Source: a virus (Duplodnaviria; Heunggongvirae; Uroviricota; Caudoviricetes; Ackermannviridae). From it: DNA of 45,378 nucleotides. The stretch is from positions 102,803-148,180 of the IMG/VR virus record IMGVR_UViG_2974693523_000001. One strand, given 5' to 3'. Under the pieces are notes generated by a model. That model had not been told where the DNA came from, did not search any database, and saw only the letters and a list, made by a program, of their open reading frames with translations. Shown one piece after another: positions 34,892 to 45,004 of the stretch; positions within the stretch are counted from its first letter, which is position 1, and every line of letters starts with the position of its first letter. The position numbers and the translations under genes were made by a program.

Positions 34892-37800
34892 GCGAACGCC
34901 ACCCCTCTTATGTCTCTTACGATTGGTGATGAAACCCGTGAACCAAAGAAATCAAACTTTATCCTTATAGAACTAAATGTTTGATTGGCTTGGATAAGCT
35001 CGTATTCAAATTTGTACTCAACAAACTTAGAAGCATCGTTGAAAATTGAAGTTGAAGCGTTTATTTCTTGCCAATCAGAACCCTCAGTATCCAAATTCTG
35101 GACATAAGCTTTAAAGCTTGAAGTTCCTGGGAGCAGAACGTTGAGATAGAACTGCATCTTTGTACAAGGGTTACTGAAATTCAGCGGTTTACTTACATAG
35201 CTGAATCGTCCTTTAGATGGATCGGTGTCTATGTAATAACTGTTAAGAACAGTAGTAAATCCATGAAGATCAATCTGCGGCGCGATGTTATCAGTGGTTG
35301 TGAAGTTAGCCCTGATTTCAAAGTCCGTGGTCTCGATGTATTTACCCTCAAAACCCAGATTAGTATCCGTTTTTGGTGTTAGCGGCATCCATGGTGATAA
35401 ACCTGTATCTGTCATGAATCTCATTTCATAACTCAAACTTATTGAGTCATTAAGAAGCATATTCAGATTTGTAAATAATAGGTTAAATGGATAACAAGTT
35501 TCAACCAATATTGGTGTATCTGATGGTTGATACAAAGTACCAGTTTCTGTTAGAGGCAAATTAGTTGAAATTTCATAGCGATCATGATCTATGACATTAA
35601 CAATCTCGCGCTCACCGTTAATTTGGGTTGATGGTAAACCTAAACCACCTACACAGTTACTGATTTTAACTGTTTGGCCTGCGCGCATACCATGACCTTC
35701 TTGATAAATGGTCAATTTACTCTGGTTTAATACACCTGATATTGGGTTTTCACCTAGTGGTATAGCATCAATTCTATTTTTTGGTCTGAATACAATCTGA
35801 CCAGAACCAACACCCCATTTACAACGATAAGTTGTAAATTTTAAATCGCGGTTTTGGTGTGGTGTCCAAGAAGAACCGTTTGCAGAAGTGAACATAACAC
35901 CAGTGTTAGGTTGCTTCGCTACTGCATAACCTGTACCAAGAATCTTCTGACCAAGCTCGGCATAACCAACCTCATAGTCTTGTGTGTTTGCTAGTATAAC
36001 AATACAATATTCTTGATCCTGTTCTATGTACACTGGGTGGGGGAAAGTAAATCTAGTTGGTACATTACAATCAACAGATGTGTTTACTTCTTCAGGATTT
36101 AGAACTTTACGTCCTATAACTTCATGCGTTGGTAGACCGTTCTCCATACCCCTCAACTCAAGCACAACAGGAATATTTCTTGATTTACTGAAGAAGAAAA
36201 CTTCAACAGCACTCATGAATTCCCCACCTTGTGTGGTACAGGCAAAAGATTGCGCAACAGGGTCAAAACGACGATATTCGTTTTGAGATCTTTGTGTAAA
36301 GCCTAGTATCCTTGTATTTGTGATTGTTAATTGACGAGTATCTTCACGACCACCAGACTCAAAGTTTGCTGTCGCATAAGTAAACGTATCATCACGCGGT
36401 GGTTTTGGGTCTTTAGGATTGTCAATAAGAACAAAAGCTGTACGTCCAGTAGAGAAGCGTAAGTTTGAGTTATTGGGTACCGTAAAAACACCAGTGATAG
36501 AACCGTTTGCATCAGTAACTAAAGGTTCACCCTTACTTTTACCCGTTTGGTTAACATACGCCGAAACGTTCACACCATTGAAGAATGGGTAGACGCGAGT
36601 CGTTGGGCGTAGAGAGTTAGCCCTGAATGTGATGTTAATAGAGCGCATGAACGGGATAACTCGGGTTTGAATTAGGTTATCACGAACTGATTGTGTGTTA
36701 GTTTCTGTAAAGACAGTGGTTGTTACTGTACGAACCTGTTCATTGCGCCAGCCAGTCCAAGACCAGTTAGAATGCATTACACCTTGACTAGCAGCCCCAC
36801 GATAGTTAATAGTTTCATTAATTACGCGAGGTGCAACATACTTAACATCAACCCAGAAATCTTGACTAGGACTCAGTGTAACGAAACCATTCCAAGAAAA
36901 AACAGCGTATGGGTTAACGTTAATAACACCGGTAGCAAAAGGTTGCTCAATAGATTTCACTTGTGTGTAGGCAGGTGAAACCATATCATCATTAACTACA
37001 CCACCACTAAACATTTCAAAATCTAAAGAGTTTTGGATTAGTCTAGGGTGCATTTGACCTTCACCACTAGCTTCAATACTCATACTTGAAGATTCAACGT
37101 CTACAAGTCTAAAGTCTGTAAGAGGGTCAGCAAAAATACCATTTTTGAAACGGTTTTGTCCAGTTACTGGATCAACAGCTTGAATATTTGTTGTGTCAGC
37201 CTCTAATGTTGACAAAGAGGTATAATATTCAAGATTTGAAATACGATTTTCTAACCTTGAGATATCTTTCATTGTATAACGTTTGTTGTTCTCTGGTAAT
37301 ACCCATATTTCATCAACGTCCGGTGTATAAGCTGGAACAACAATGTCAAATAAACGCATAGAGTTTTGAGGAATAACAGGACGCTGAGGTTGGTTTGAGC
37401 TGATACCCTTAATAACCTGATACCCATTTTCGTAAGATACGATAATCGTGTCTATACGTGGTAGATAGAACTCAATATCAGCGATCATTGATGTGTCAGG
37501 GTAAATGAAATTACCACCCGCTAGGAAGCTGCTAGTGATAGTTGGCCTGAAGTCAACAACATCACGCAAGTTATACTCAACACCATTAGAAAGTGTGTAA
37601 CGTAGGCGGCGTTCTCTTGGAATAGAACTATAAGAATCAGCACCAAAATAATCACCAGATCCATGCGAAAAATAAGTGTAAGTTACCACCAAACTTCTTG
37701 GTGATGTTACTGGTGAATTTGATGTAAGTGTTGCTAGACCATAATGGGTATCTGTTTGTCCACCATTGAACGTATATTCACTGGTAACATCTTGACCGTT

Positions 37801-39594
37801 AAATGCAACACTGATGAGTTCTAATCCATCAACTTTTGATAATTCCAAAACACCAGAGGTAGACATTGTCAATGTATCTACCTGCTGAGTCAGAATCTTT
37901 GTGCGCATAGATGTTGAACGCTTGATCATTTTGGCAATTAGGAAATAGGTACCCGTCTGATTTCCAAGTGATGTAATTGTCAGGTTACTACCTTGTTCTG
38001 CACCACCACGTGAATAACTAACGTCGAGAAGTGCGCCACCAGAGCCGACATTCCTTGAGCCGAATATATACCCACTAAAGTCAGGGTCAAACAAGAGGTC
38101 AGCAGGACCAGCAGAAATAGTAGCAACACCGTTGACTAGTTGTACCTCGTAAGTTCTTGATACACGATAAAGAACATTTGAAGAACCCGCACCAAACAAA
38201 CTTTTTGCACCTGTTACAGGTAGAGGGAATAGCAATGCGCGATTGTCACCTGACAGAGAAGCGTTTGTTACCGTAGCTTCAAAAATAGTAGCACCACCTA
38301 TACGCTGAACCATTTTTGTTGCCGTGGTTACTTTGTAGTTACCGATGTCACGAAGACCAGACATAAACGCTTGACCAATACGATATGCTATCAGAACACC
38401 CTCACCAACCTTGTTGTTAGATGTATCGTAAAGCTCAACCTTTGACGCTGTAGATGGCTCTGGTACACCTTTCATTCCTGTCAACGCCAAGAAACCTGAA
38501 TAGTTAATACCAACAACCATATTGTCACCTAGGGTTGTTTCACGTGATTTATCAACAATTAGATTAAATGGATCAACGTTCTGAACCCTATGACCTTTAA
38601 CATATGAAACGCCGCTACTCAAAACAGCCACACATTTGTCTGGGTCTGGGTTGCTAGGGAAAACGGCGGAATGCTCGCGCATATCAAGCGTATAAGAACC
38701 TACAGTGTAATCTCCTGATTCTTCATATGTGCGCTGCGCCATTGCTTTTTCAAGAAGAGAATAATCAGAAGTAATTACAGGGGTCTGTTTATTTTCATCT
38801 GTAACTCTAACAAGTTCAATAAAGTTCTCTGATGAAGCGTTATTATCACGACGTTGTAATTTCAAACTAATAACAAAACGATTAGCACCTTCGGCTTTTT
38901 CATTTGGCTCACCAGAAGCGTTAGAGTAAAGGGTATTATCTTGTGACGCTGTGATAATATCCTCTCTTACTTCAAGCCCTACCCGAGCGTTCTGAACGTG
39001 TTGGTATGCATCAACAACAATTGTTTGTTTGTTTACCAATACAAAATAACCACGAATGTAATAAACACCACGTTCAATAGTTGCTATTGTACCTTTTCCA
39101 ACAATAGTAACAATACCTTGACCAATTATGGTTGTTTGCCCACCTTGATCTGTAGTCTCAAAAACAACTTCATCACTAACCATAAAATTCGCAGTATCAT
39201 CACCTGCATAGGTTGTAGAACCAAAAACAAAGTTTTCGTGATTTGCATCACCTTCAGAGACCACTGATACAAGAACTCGGCGGTTGTTACTAACTTTCCT
39301 CACATAAACCTGAGAAAAAGAATTAATGAAATCAGCATCAACATCAACCGTAAATCTAAAACCTAAAGAAACCTCTTGGTTAGCTATTTGGAATCCACCC
39401 GGGATTACAACCGCACCCTCTTTGAATACATGGTTACCAAATCTGGTTATTTGATTTTGGAGTATAGTTTGTAATTGGTTCAACTCACGGACTTGAACTG
39501 TTTGTGGTTGAAACAAAATTTGAAGAAAGTTTTTATCTTCATTATAATCATCATGATACGGGGCTCTACTTGTATCAGTCTGTTTTTTAGTCAT
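34888..39594 (-). CDS. VrlC-like / DUF4815 large baseplate-associated virion protein (1568 aa)
   Basis: PYHDDY...F..ILF.P..VQ.RELNQLQTILQNQI, RTYEESGDY and RFKNG.F.D motifs; late promoter at 39625-39631. Confidence 0.85.
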   Translation of the reverse strand: MTKKQTDTSRAPYHDDYNEDKNFLQILFQPQTVQVRELNQLQTILQNQITRFGNHVFKEGAVVIPGGFQIANQEVSLGFRFTVDVDADFINSFSQVYVRKVSNNRRVLVSVVSEGDANHENFVFGSTTYAGDDTANFMVSDEVVFETTDQGGQTTIIGQGIVTIVGKGTIATIERGVYYIRGYFVLVNKQTIVVDAYQHVQNARVGLEVREDIITASQDNTLYSNASGEPNEKAEGANRFVISLKLQRRDNNASSENFIELVRVTDENKQTPVITSDYSLLEKAMAQRTYEESGDYTVGSYTLDMREHSAVFPSNPDPDKCVAVLSSGVSYVKGHRVQNVDPFNLIVDKSRETTLGDNMVVGINYSGFLALTGMKGVPEPSTASKVELYDTSNNKVGEGVLIAYRIGQAFMSGLRDIGNYKVTTATKMVQRIGGATIFEATVTNASLSGDNRALLFPLPVTGAKSLFGAGSSNVLYRVSRTYEVQLVNGVATISAGPADLLFDPDFSGYIFGSRNVGSGGALLDVSYSRGGAEQGSNLTITSLGNQTGTYFLIAKMIKRSTSMRTKILTQQVDTLTMSTSGVLELSKVDGLELISVAFNGQDVTSEYTFNGGQTDTHYGLATLTSNSPVTSPRSLVVTYTYFSHGSGDYFGADSYSSIPRERRLRYTLSNGVEYNLRDVVDFRPTITSSFLAGGNFIYPDTSMIADIEFYLPRIDTIIVSYENGYQVIKGISSNQPQRPVIPQNSMRLFDIVVPAYTPDVDEIWVLPENNKRYTMKDISRLENRISNLEYYTSLSTLEADTTNIQAVDPVTGQNRFKNGIFADPLTDFRLVDVESSSMSIEASGEGQMHPRLIQNSLDFEMFSGGVVNDDMVSPAYTQVKSIEQPFATGVINVNPYAVFSWNGFVTLSPSQDFWVDVKYVAPRVINETINYRGAASQGVMHSNWSWTGWRNEQVRTVTTTVFTETNTQSVRDNLIQTRVIPFMRSINITFRANSLRPTTRVYPFFNGVNVSAYVNQTGKSKGEPLVTDANGSITGVFTVPNNSNLRFSTGRTAFVLIDNPKDPKPPRDDTFTYATANFESGGREDTRQLTITNTRILGFTQRSQNEYRRFDPVAQSFACTTQGGEFMSAVEVFFFSKSRNIPVVLELRGMENGLPTHEVIGRKVLNPEEVNTSVDCNVPTRFTFPHPVYIEQDQEYCIVILANTQDYEVGYAELGQKILGTGYAVAKQPNTGVMFTSANGSSWTPHQNRDLKFTTYRCKWGVGSGQIVFRPKNRIDAIPLGENPISGVLNQSKLTIYQEGHGMRAGQTVKISNCVGGLGLPSTQINGEREIVNVIDHDRYEISTNLPLTETGTLYQPSDTPILVETCYPFNLLFTNLNMLLNDSISLSYEMRFMTDTGLSPWMPLTPKTDTNLGFEGKYIETTDFEIRANFTTTDNIAPQIDLHGFTTVLNSYYIDTDPSKGRFSYVSKPLNFSNPCTKMQFYLNVLLPGTSSFKAYVQNLDTEGSDWQEINASTSIFNDASKFVEYKFEYELIQANQTFSSIRIKFDFFGSRVSSPIVRDIRGVAFA

Positions 39595-39669
39595 TTTAAA
39601 TTCCTCGTTGAACCTTTCTATCCATATATAGCAAAGAGGCGACTTGCGCCGCCCCATACCCAAACACTT

Positions 39670-42381
39670 TTATTTTTCTATCAACAACTCAATTCCACCT
39701 AAAGTACCAGCACTTGAACCAGTAGCCCTTTTGAAACCTATAGTCAATGTCCCTGAATTAGTGCAATCAAAATTGAACTCACATAAACAATCAGAAATGT
39801 TTACATCAACAAAATTTATTGAATTTGGTCTTTCAAGTGAATTAGTTCCAAGATCGTCAGTTACAGAGAATATAGTTCTCAAAGTAGAATCATATACCGA
39901 ACCACCACCCTCAGTCACATACAAACCAATTAACCTAACTTTACCTTTCTTGCCTGTTAATCCAGTAATAACAAATTTTGGTTCTGTTGTAGAAGAAGTG
40001 TTTGCTATAGCACTAGAAACAAGGTTTCTATCAAGAATTCCCTCATCCCAAGGTAATGGTAATGTATAAAGATTGCCCCTAGCAGATCCGAGACTAGGTA
40101 AATTTGCTTGAATTGTTACGTTTGTTGTGCCATTCCATGAATTAAGGTTTGGAAAACTTTGATCAATAGCATCCACTTCAATTTTGTTTGCATCGCGTTG
40201 GTATGATGGTCTTCCTCTTAACGTTGCTAGACGCCCTATGTTCATAAGAATACGGTTCTCATAAACAGTGTTATCAAATGGTGTTGGTCTGAAATTGGTT
40301 ACTTGACCAAGAACATCCTGAGTATGTCTCCTGATTGTATATGAACCATTAGAATTAGGGTATCCAGCTTCGTTGTGTTCAAAGAATCTGTCATTATAGA
40401 AATGAAGATTATCCGCGTCTAGTATAGATGGATCGTTGTAAACCACTGTATAATAATCAAAATATGGTCTACCACTAGCAGAATTGAAAAATTCTGGGGT
40501 TAGTTCCTGACACAGCGGTATCACAAGATTATCGTTCCAAGACCCACAATGCAGATTCCTCCCTTTGTCTGGCATCACGCTCAGTTGACCTTTGGCGTCG
40601 CAATATGTCAATGAAGCTATAGCAACATCACCAAATTTCTTAAGTTCGGTAACAATAGCTCTCATATTATCTTCGGCTTGTTGCTTCTGAGTGTTCGTCA
40701 TAGAATCCCAAGCCAGAACAGTACCTGAAGCGCCGTCGTTAACCCCGTTAGCTGACAAATACGTATTACAATCGTTTATACCAGCCCTAACAATGAAAAG
40801 CGTTCTGTTCTCTGCTTTGCTAGTAAAATCAGCTATGTTTGTCTTGATATTTTCTAGTGTTGTACCGTATTGCGCTCCAGTTCTGAAGTTAACACCTCTG
40901 AAAGGAGTATCATAGATACCATTACCAAGATCATATTCACCCTGAGCTATACTGTCACCAACACCGACAATAGTGTCGTAGGTTGGTCTTATAGGTTCTG
41001 GGGCAACATCAGAGTTATACACATAGAGCCTAGGTGCAGCCAACATATAACTAACGACAACCTGTTTTCTACCTACACGAGTGTCGAATACCCTGAATTT
41101 CTCATTAATATTAATCAAGTCACATGATATTTCAGAACCTACACGACCTATCTCCTGTACAGCAAATGCACCAGAACTATTTTTGTTCACCATCAACTCT
41201 AAAAATTGTGCCTGATTGCTTGCAACAGGCCTTGAAGAAACAGAAACTAACACCGTACCACCCTCAGGAAATTCATTTATTTCAGGGAATGGGAAATCAA
41301 CACTTGTATCCTCGGTACTTACAACACCAAGCCAATTACCAGTGTCAGACAGAGAAACAGGGTAAAGTCTTGATATGTTACCAGAAATCTGTATTGATTT
41401 AGGTGTCGTTCCGTCTAATGTAATACTTTGGATAGTACCAGAAAATTTTGGAACTAATCTAAAAATTTTTGTTTTAGGACCGTTTTGAAGTCTAAGGAAG
41501 TCTGTTCCGTTTGGGATTATATCACCAACTTCTGCTACCTCTTCAACTTTGGCGGGGGCTATTAATCCACCCAAGAAATCACTACGCAATTGATCAAGTC
41601 CTGTGATTGCGCTCGCTGGGTGACAATTAGCTGCGTCACGTCCAATCAATTGATTATGTTCTGTGACAGCCTCACTGGAACCACCCGCCAAAGAACTTCC
41701 AGCTAAAAGATAAGCTTGTTCCTTAGTTTCTAATTGGATGAACAACCTAACTGCAACGGATTTCGCATTTGCCGTTGCTGGGTTTGGCTTCTCAATTACA
41801 CTGGTCAAACCTATGGCAAATAAATTACCGTTTTCATCACGAAGACCTGCCTCGCGCATTGTGTATGGACCAGAACTAGCGGGCACCAACACATCAAACA
41901 TAACGACAGTTGGGTTGTTTTGATCAATAACAGGTCTAGAACAGTTACCTTCATATACCACGTTCTTAAGGCTTGTTTCTGTACCATCAATGGCGTAAAT
42001 TACTCCCGCTGCATCACCTACTACAAATTTCGGTATTGAGATTTTATTGGTCACGCTTGCGTTCTGTAATCGCAATTTACCCGCGTTGGTAATAATACCA
42101 CCTGAAACCACAGTATCACCGCGCACCGAAGCCAAACCTAATGAGTCAAGTAGTGAGTTGATCAATACTTGGTTGTCTTCTTCAAATTTTCGCAAAGTCC
42201 TAAGAAATTCACCGTTAGGTAAATTTATGGTTTCTTTTAACAGTACAAATCTTTCAAATATTGTACTGTTAGGTGTAAGTTTGTTATCAATAAGCGTTTT
42301 AAATGCCGTAACTTCTTGATCTAATTTATCAGCACTTTGTGTGAGGCGTAATAGTACCTCATTTTCATCAACAGTAGCCAT
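39670..42381 (-). CDS. Tail spike/fibre protein A: DUF3751-like domain plus SGNH esterase
   Basis: ITNAG..., VGD..G, T.REAGL (tail-collar fibre domain); SGNH blocks GDSI, GINDC and DNLH. Confidence 0.8.
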   Translation of the reverse strand: MATVDENEVLLRLTQSADKLDQEVTAFKTLIDNKLTPNSTIFERFVLLKETINLPNGEFLRTLRKFEEDNQVLINSLLDSLGLASVRGDTVVSGGIITNAGKLRLQNASVTNKISIPKFVVGDAAGVIYAIDGTETSLKNVVYEGNCSRPVIDQNNPTVVMFDVLVPASSGPYTMREAGLRDENGNLFAIGLTSVIEKPNPATANAKSVAVRLFIQLETKEQAYLLAGSSLAGGSSEAVTEHNQLIGRDAANCHPASAITGLDQLRSDFLGGLIAPAKVEEVAEVGDIIPNGTDFLRLQNGPKTKIFRLVPKFSGTIQSITLDGTTPKSIQISGNISRLYPVSLSDTGNWLGVVSTEDTSVDFPFPEINEFPEGGTVLVSVSSRPVASNQAQFLELMVNKNSSGAFAVQEIGRVGSEISCDLININEKFRVFDTRVGRKQVVVSYMLAAPRLYVYNSDVAPEPIRPTYDTIVGVGDSIAQGEYDLGNGIYDTPFRGVNFRTGAQYGTTLENIKTNIADFTSKAENRTLFIVRAGINDCNTYLSANGVNDGASGTVLAWDSMTNTQKQQAEDNMRAIVTELKKFGDVAIASLTYCDAKGQLSVMPDKGRNLHCGSWNDNLVIPLCQELTPEFFNSASGRPYFDYYTVVYNDPSILDADNLHFYNDRFFEHNEAGYPNSNGSYTIRRHTQDVLGQVTNFRPTPFDNTVYENRILMNIGRLATLRGRPSYQRDANKIEVDAIDQSFPNLNSWNGTTNVTIQANLPSLGSARGNLYTLPLPWDEGILDRNLVSSAIANTSSTTEPKFVITGLTGKKGKVRLIGLYVTEGGGSVYDSTLRTIFSVTDDLGTNSLERPNSINFVDVNISDCLCEFNFDCTNSGTLTIGFKRATGSSAGTLGGIELLIEK

Positions 42382-42393
42382 TTATATTTCCTC

Positions 42394-44904
42394 TTAAATT
42401 TGGTAAACAAACGGATCTTTAATAGTTAGTTCAACAGGAGTACCCCGTCCATTACACTCAACCCTCAGGAAACAGTTTAGAATGGTTGAGCCATAAGCGT
42501 TATTGAATGGTGTAGATATCTCGACCCAGTCATCCCATTGCAAACCTGTGGCTGGCACATTAACTTGGAACTCGGGAGCACCCATAGCAACTAGATTACC
42601 AGTAATAAACAAACGAAATACACTAACATTAGAAAAATCAGAAAGTTTGATTTTCATACCAAAACGATATGAAGCCGACCCATTTGGAACAGTAACGTTA
42701 CATCTTAGAACTACTAATGCGCCATTACTTACAGAAGGGTTATTACCCGACCTAACAGTCCAAGAACCATCTCCGTTTACCACACTTCCAGGACCAACAC
42801 TAACACCGTCATTCTCTGGAGTTGCGTACTGAACCCTCCAGTCTGTTGGTGCCTGACCAGTAGAACCATTTAGAAGTTGGCCGTTTGTACCTGACAAACT
42901 AGGGTTCAAAATATAATTTGTTAGAAGTTCAGGATCATTAGATTTGAAGTGTTTGTCCAACACAATAGCTAATTGCTTACCTATGATCCATGAACCCAAC
43001 GTATTAGGGTGCGCTCCATCGGGTGAAAGATTCGCGGTTGCGTTAAGCATAGAGTCATCATATACAGCACTAGGCTCAGTCATGACCACATCGTTCAATC
43101 TTGTCCTCACTAGTTCTTTGTAAAGTTTGTTCAATTGGGTTATTTTATCCGTTATCAAACTTGAAGGCGGTCTCTGGTTAACGGCAGTGATCACGGCTTT
43201 CTTACCGCTGGCAATAATTGCGTCAACTATCTCACCCATAGTAGCTGCTGTTTCTTCTGGCGTACGTAAATTCAGCAAATCTATAGCCCCTGCATGAACA
43301 ATTATTACATCAGAATCAGAAGAAGTCACTTGACCAATATTGGCAAGAACTTGTAACGTTGACCAACCAGAAGTGGCTACCCTATCTTCAAGAACAAATT
43401 TTTGAACTGTTTGTAACCATCCAGTAACCCAGAAACCTCTGGTATTTATGATAATTGATCCATTTGTAGCGTTCCTGCTACCACCACCGTTAGATACAAA
43501 CGTATCACCAATAGTCTTGATTTTGATACGCTCTTTTTCTAGTAGAATACCTTGAGACGGGAACGGGGGTTCAACTGTACCACCTTCAATTAATTGGTTA
43601 GGTATGTTGTTTGAGTAAAAGAGCTCAAACAATTTTCTACCTGAAACACCGTTGAAAATTCTCAGTTTATTCAAGTCAACACTAACTTCTATTTTTCTTC
43701 CCACGTTTTTAATTGGTATAATAGAGTAGGCACCAAATGGATCAAGGACTAGCATAAATTTAAGATAACTACCTGTCAAATCACCTTCAACTCTGACAAC
43801 TACATGACATTCAACACAATAACCCTCTGGACCCCACTGAGCAGATGGTAAATTGAAATCCACCGTGTATTGCTCTGAACTTTCCACCTGAAGTTGATTC
43901 TGAACTTGCGCTAATCCATAATTATAAGCTCTTGAAGTTTCACTTCCTATGGTTGCAATACCATCAACAACACCCTTAAACACGCCGCTTCTTGGCGGAA
44001 CTAGTTTGACCATACCAGCAGAAGTTCTCACTATTCCATCTTCAGCTGTAATAGAGTTAGTATTATCAACAAGTTCTTCAATATTCGTTAAGTTAGTCAA
44101 ATCTTTGGCCAAACCTTCAATACCTTCTATAGAACTCATAGGATGTGATGCATTTTCACTAACACCCGACATTTTCGCATGGTTAGTAGAAACATCAACT
44201 CCACTCCACCCATTCACGTCAAAATCTTTGAATTTCAAGCGCTCAGCGGCGCTGTTAAGTTGAGCAACCAACTTGACATACACAAGATTACCACCCTTGT
44301 CATCGTTGCCGATCTTCTGTACTTCCACTGTATTTGCGATCAGGATCATGACACCCGCATCATCATAAACGGCAGCTTCACGTATAGTAAATCCCTCGTT
44401 GTGAATTGGGATTATACCCTCAAAAATAATGAGTTTATTGTCATTACCATCTGCCCTAGGGAAAGAAACAGACCCAACCCATTTCTGGCGCTTGATGTCG
44501 GTCATAGTAGGGGTAGCCACATAAGAAGCCCCATTGCCATCACCTACACGCATTTCTACAACTGCCAAAGACCCGTCAGCTGCTGTATTAATTTTTGTTC
44601 TTCCTTGATTTGTGACTAAACCTACTGCCGTTAGAGTATCACCAACAAGTGTACATATTCCCATATTTTCTATAAGTTGGTTCAATGATATTCTTGCTGT
44701 GTTCTCCATATAACTTAATGAAGCCAATTTAGAACCGTTAGATAACTCAATTATTTGATTAAGTTTTGTATATCTATCAACATAAATACTTGATGGTTTC
44801 ATTTTACCATTGAGTAGAGATCTGAACTCAGATGTTCTTAGATCTAGTTTAGACGCAACTTCATTGAGTTTGTCTATAACAATAATTTCTTCTGAGCTTG
44901 CCAT
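42394..44904 (-). CDS. Tail spike/fibre protein B: DUF3751-like domain, SGNH-like domain and carbohydrate-binding-like C-terminus (true start MASSEE at 44904)
   Basis: Paralogous N-terminal half to protein A; GDT, GAID and DGAHP; GAGG SD and late promoter at 44934-44940. Confidence 0.8.
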   Translation of the reverse strand: MASSEEIIVIDKLNEVASKLDLRTSEFRSLLNGKMKPSSIYVDRYTKLNQIIELSNGSKLASLSYMENTARISLNQLIENMGICTLVGDTLTAVGLVTNQGRTKINTAADGSLAVVEMRVGDGNGASYVATPTMTDIKRQKWVGSVSFPRADGNDNKLIIFEGIIPIHNEGFTIREAAVYDDAGVMILIANTVEVQKIGNDDKGGNLVYVKLVAQLNSAAERLKFKDFDVNGWSGVDVSTNHAKMSGVSENASHPMSSIEGIEGLAKDLTNLTNIEELVDNTNSITAEDGIVRTSAGMVKLVPPRSGVFKGVVDGIATIGSETSRAYNYGLAQVQNQLQVESSEQYTVDFNLPSAQWGPEGYCVECHVVVRVEGDLTGSYLKFMLVLDPFGAYSIIPIKNVGRKIEVSVDLNKLRIFNGVSGRKLFELFYSNNIPNQLIEGGTVEPPFPSQGILLEKERIKIKTIGDTFVSNGGGSRNATNGSIIINTRGFWVTGWLQTVQKFVLEDRVATSGWSTLQVLANIGQVTSSDSDVIIVHAGAIDLLNLRTPEETAATMGEIVDAIIASGKKAVITAVNQRPPSSLITDKITQLNKLYKELVRTRLNDVVMTEPSAVYDDSMLNATANLSPDGAHPNTLGSWIIGKQLAIVLDKHFKSNDPELLTNYILNPSLSGTNGQLLNGSTGQAPTDWRVQYATPENDGVSVGPGSVVNGDGSWTVRSGNNPSVSNGALVVLRCNVTVPNGSASYRFGMKIKLSDFSNVSVFRLFITGNLVAMGAPEFQVNVPATGLQWDDWVEISTPFNNAYGSTILNCFLRVECNGRGTPVELTIKDPFVYQI

Positions 44905-44949
44905 TTGCAAATCCTCGATAATTAATTTGTAAGTATTTAGTGGAAAATG

Positions 44950-44978
44950 TTTACAGACGCTTAATATCAATTTATTAT
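44950..44978 (+). promoter_or_regulatory. Early sigma70-type promoter
   Basis: (G)TTTACA-17 bp-TATTAT, matching the T4 early-promoter style. Confidence 0.65.
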
Positions 44979-45004
44979 GAAAATATACAAAAAGGGAGTT
45001 CAAC

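Noticed and set aside
39595-39663. N-terminal extension of VrlC
   Set aside because: It spans a hairpin and the late promoter. A GAGG SD supports 39594.
936-44619. Numerous antisense or nested ORFs in the track (e.g. 936-1352, 3717-4169, 5528-6043, 39644-40069, 44179-44619)
   Set aside because: They are shadows of well-supported genes on the opposite strand or frame, with no SD, motifs or promoter support.
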